From Nitrospirota bacterium (GTDB taxonomy: Bacteria; Nitrospirota; UBA9217), in NCBI GenBank assembly GCA_963796285.1, contig CAWCKW010000012.1:1440001-1504000 (forward strand): 64,000 nucleotides of DNA. The letters run 5' to 3'. The notes under the pieces were generated by a model, which was given only the letters and a program-made list of their open reading frames with translations, made no database searches and was not told the origin of the DNA. The translations under genes and the position numbers were made by a program. Positions 63,867-64,000 of the stretch are shown piece after piece (position 1 is the first letter of the stretch; every line of letters starts with the position of its first letter).

Positions 63867-64000
63867 GCGACACCTCCTGATCATGCGTGGTGGATACCGG
63901 ATAGTAACAAGGGAACGTACGGATGTCAAGGAAGGAGGACACATGACGGCCGTATTTATTGAATTTGACACCCTCCAAAAAAAAGGTTAGTTTGGTCATC

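Overview
Bacterial chromosomal window, nearly all genes on the minus strand. Gene content and intergenic repeat style suggest an anaerobic Gram-negative such as Nitrospirota or Desulfobacterota; this is an inference only. 1-13.4 kb: trpD'/trpG/trpE, an orphan type IIA topoisomerase B subunit, a locus with a RuBisCO-like protein (form IV), a Zn-finger SDR and a divergent transketolase, then galT, a cupin, sirC, bamD and tRNA-Leu(CAG). 13.7-51.9 kb: a ~38 kb, 28-gene co-oriented Wza/Wzc/Wzy/Wzx surface-polysaccharide locus with only two classical glycosyltransferases plus a priming transferase, but many tailoring enzymes. These are 4 B12-binding radical SAM enzymes plus a remnant of a fifth, an acetylene-hydratase-like molybdo/tungstoenzyme, a DUF362 Fe-S protein, an SxtI/J/K-type carbamoyltransferase cassette, 2 LpxL-like acyltransferases, an acyl-CoA ligase, 2 SGNH proteins, 2 AlkP-family proteins, CysDN and an IolM-like inosose dehydrogenase. 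52.8-64 kb: alpha/beta hydrolase, rlmN, rluD, lgt, lspA, ileS, PBP1A and hemerythrin. Many core genes in the two flanks carry single-base frameshifts, most likely long-read assembly errors. The two best candidates for undescribed systems are the heavily tailored polysaccharide/glycolipid locus and the RLP plus His-substituted transketolase locus (possible new MTA/5'-deoxyadenosine salvage branch).
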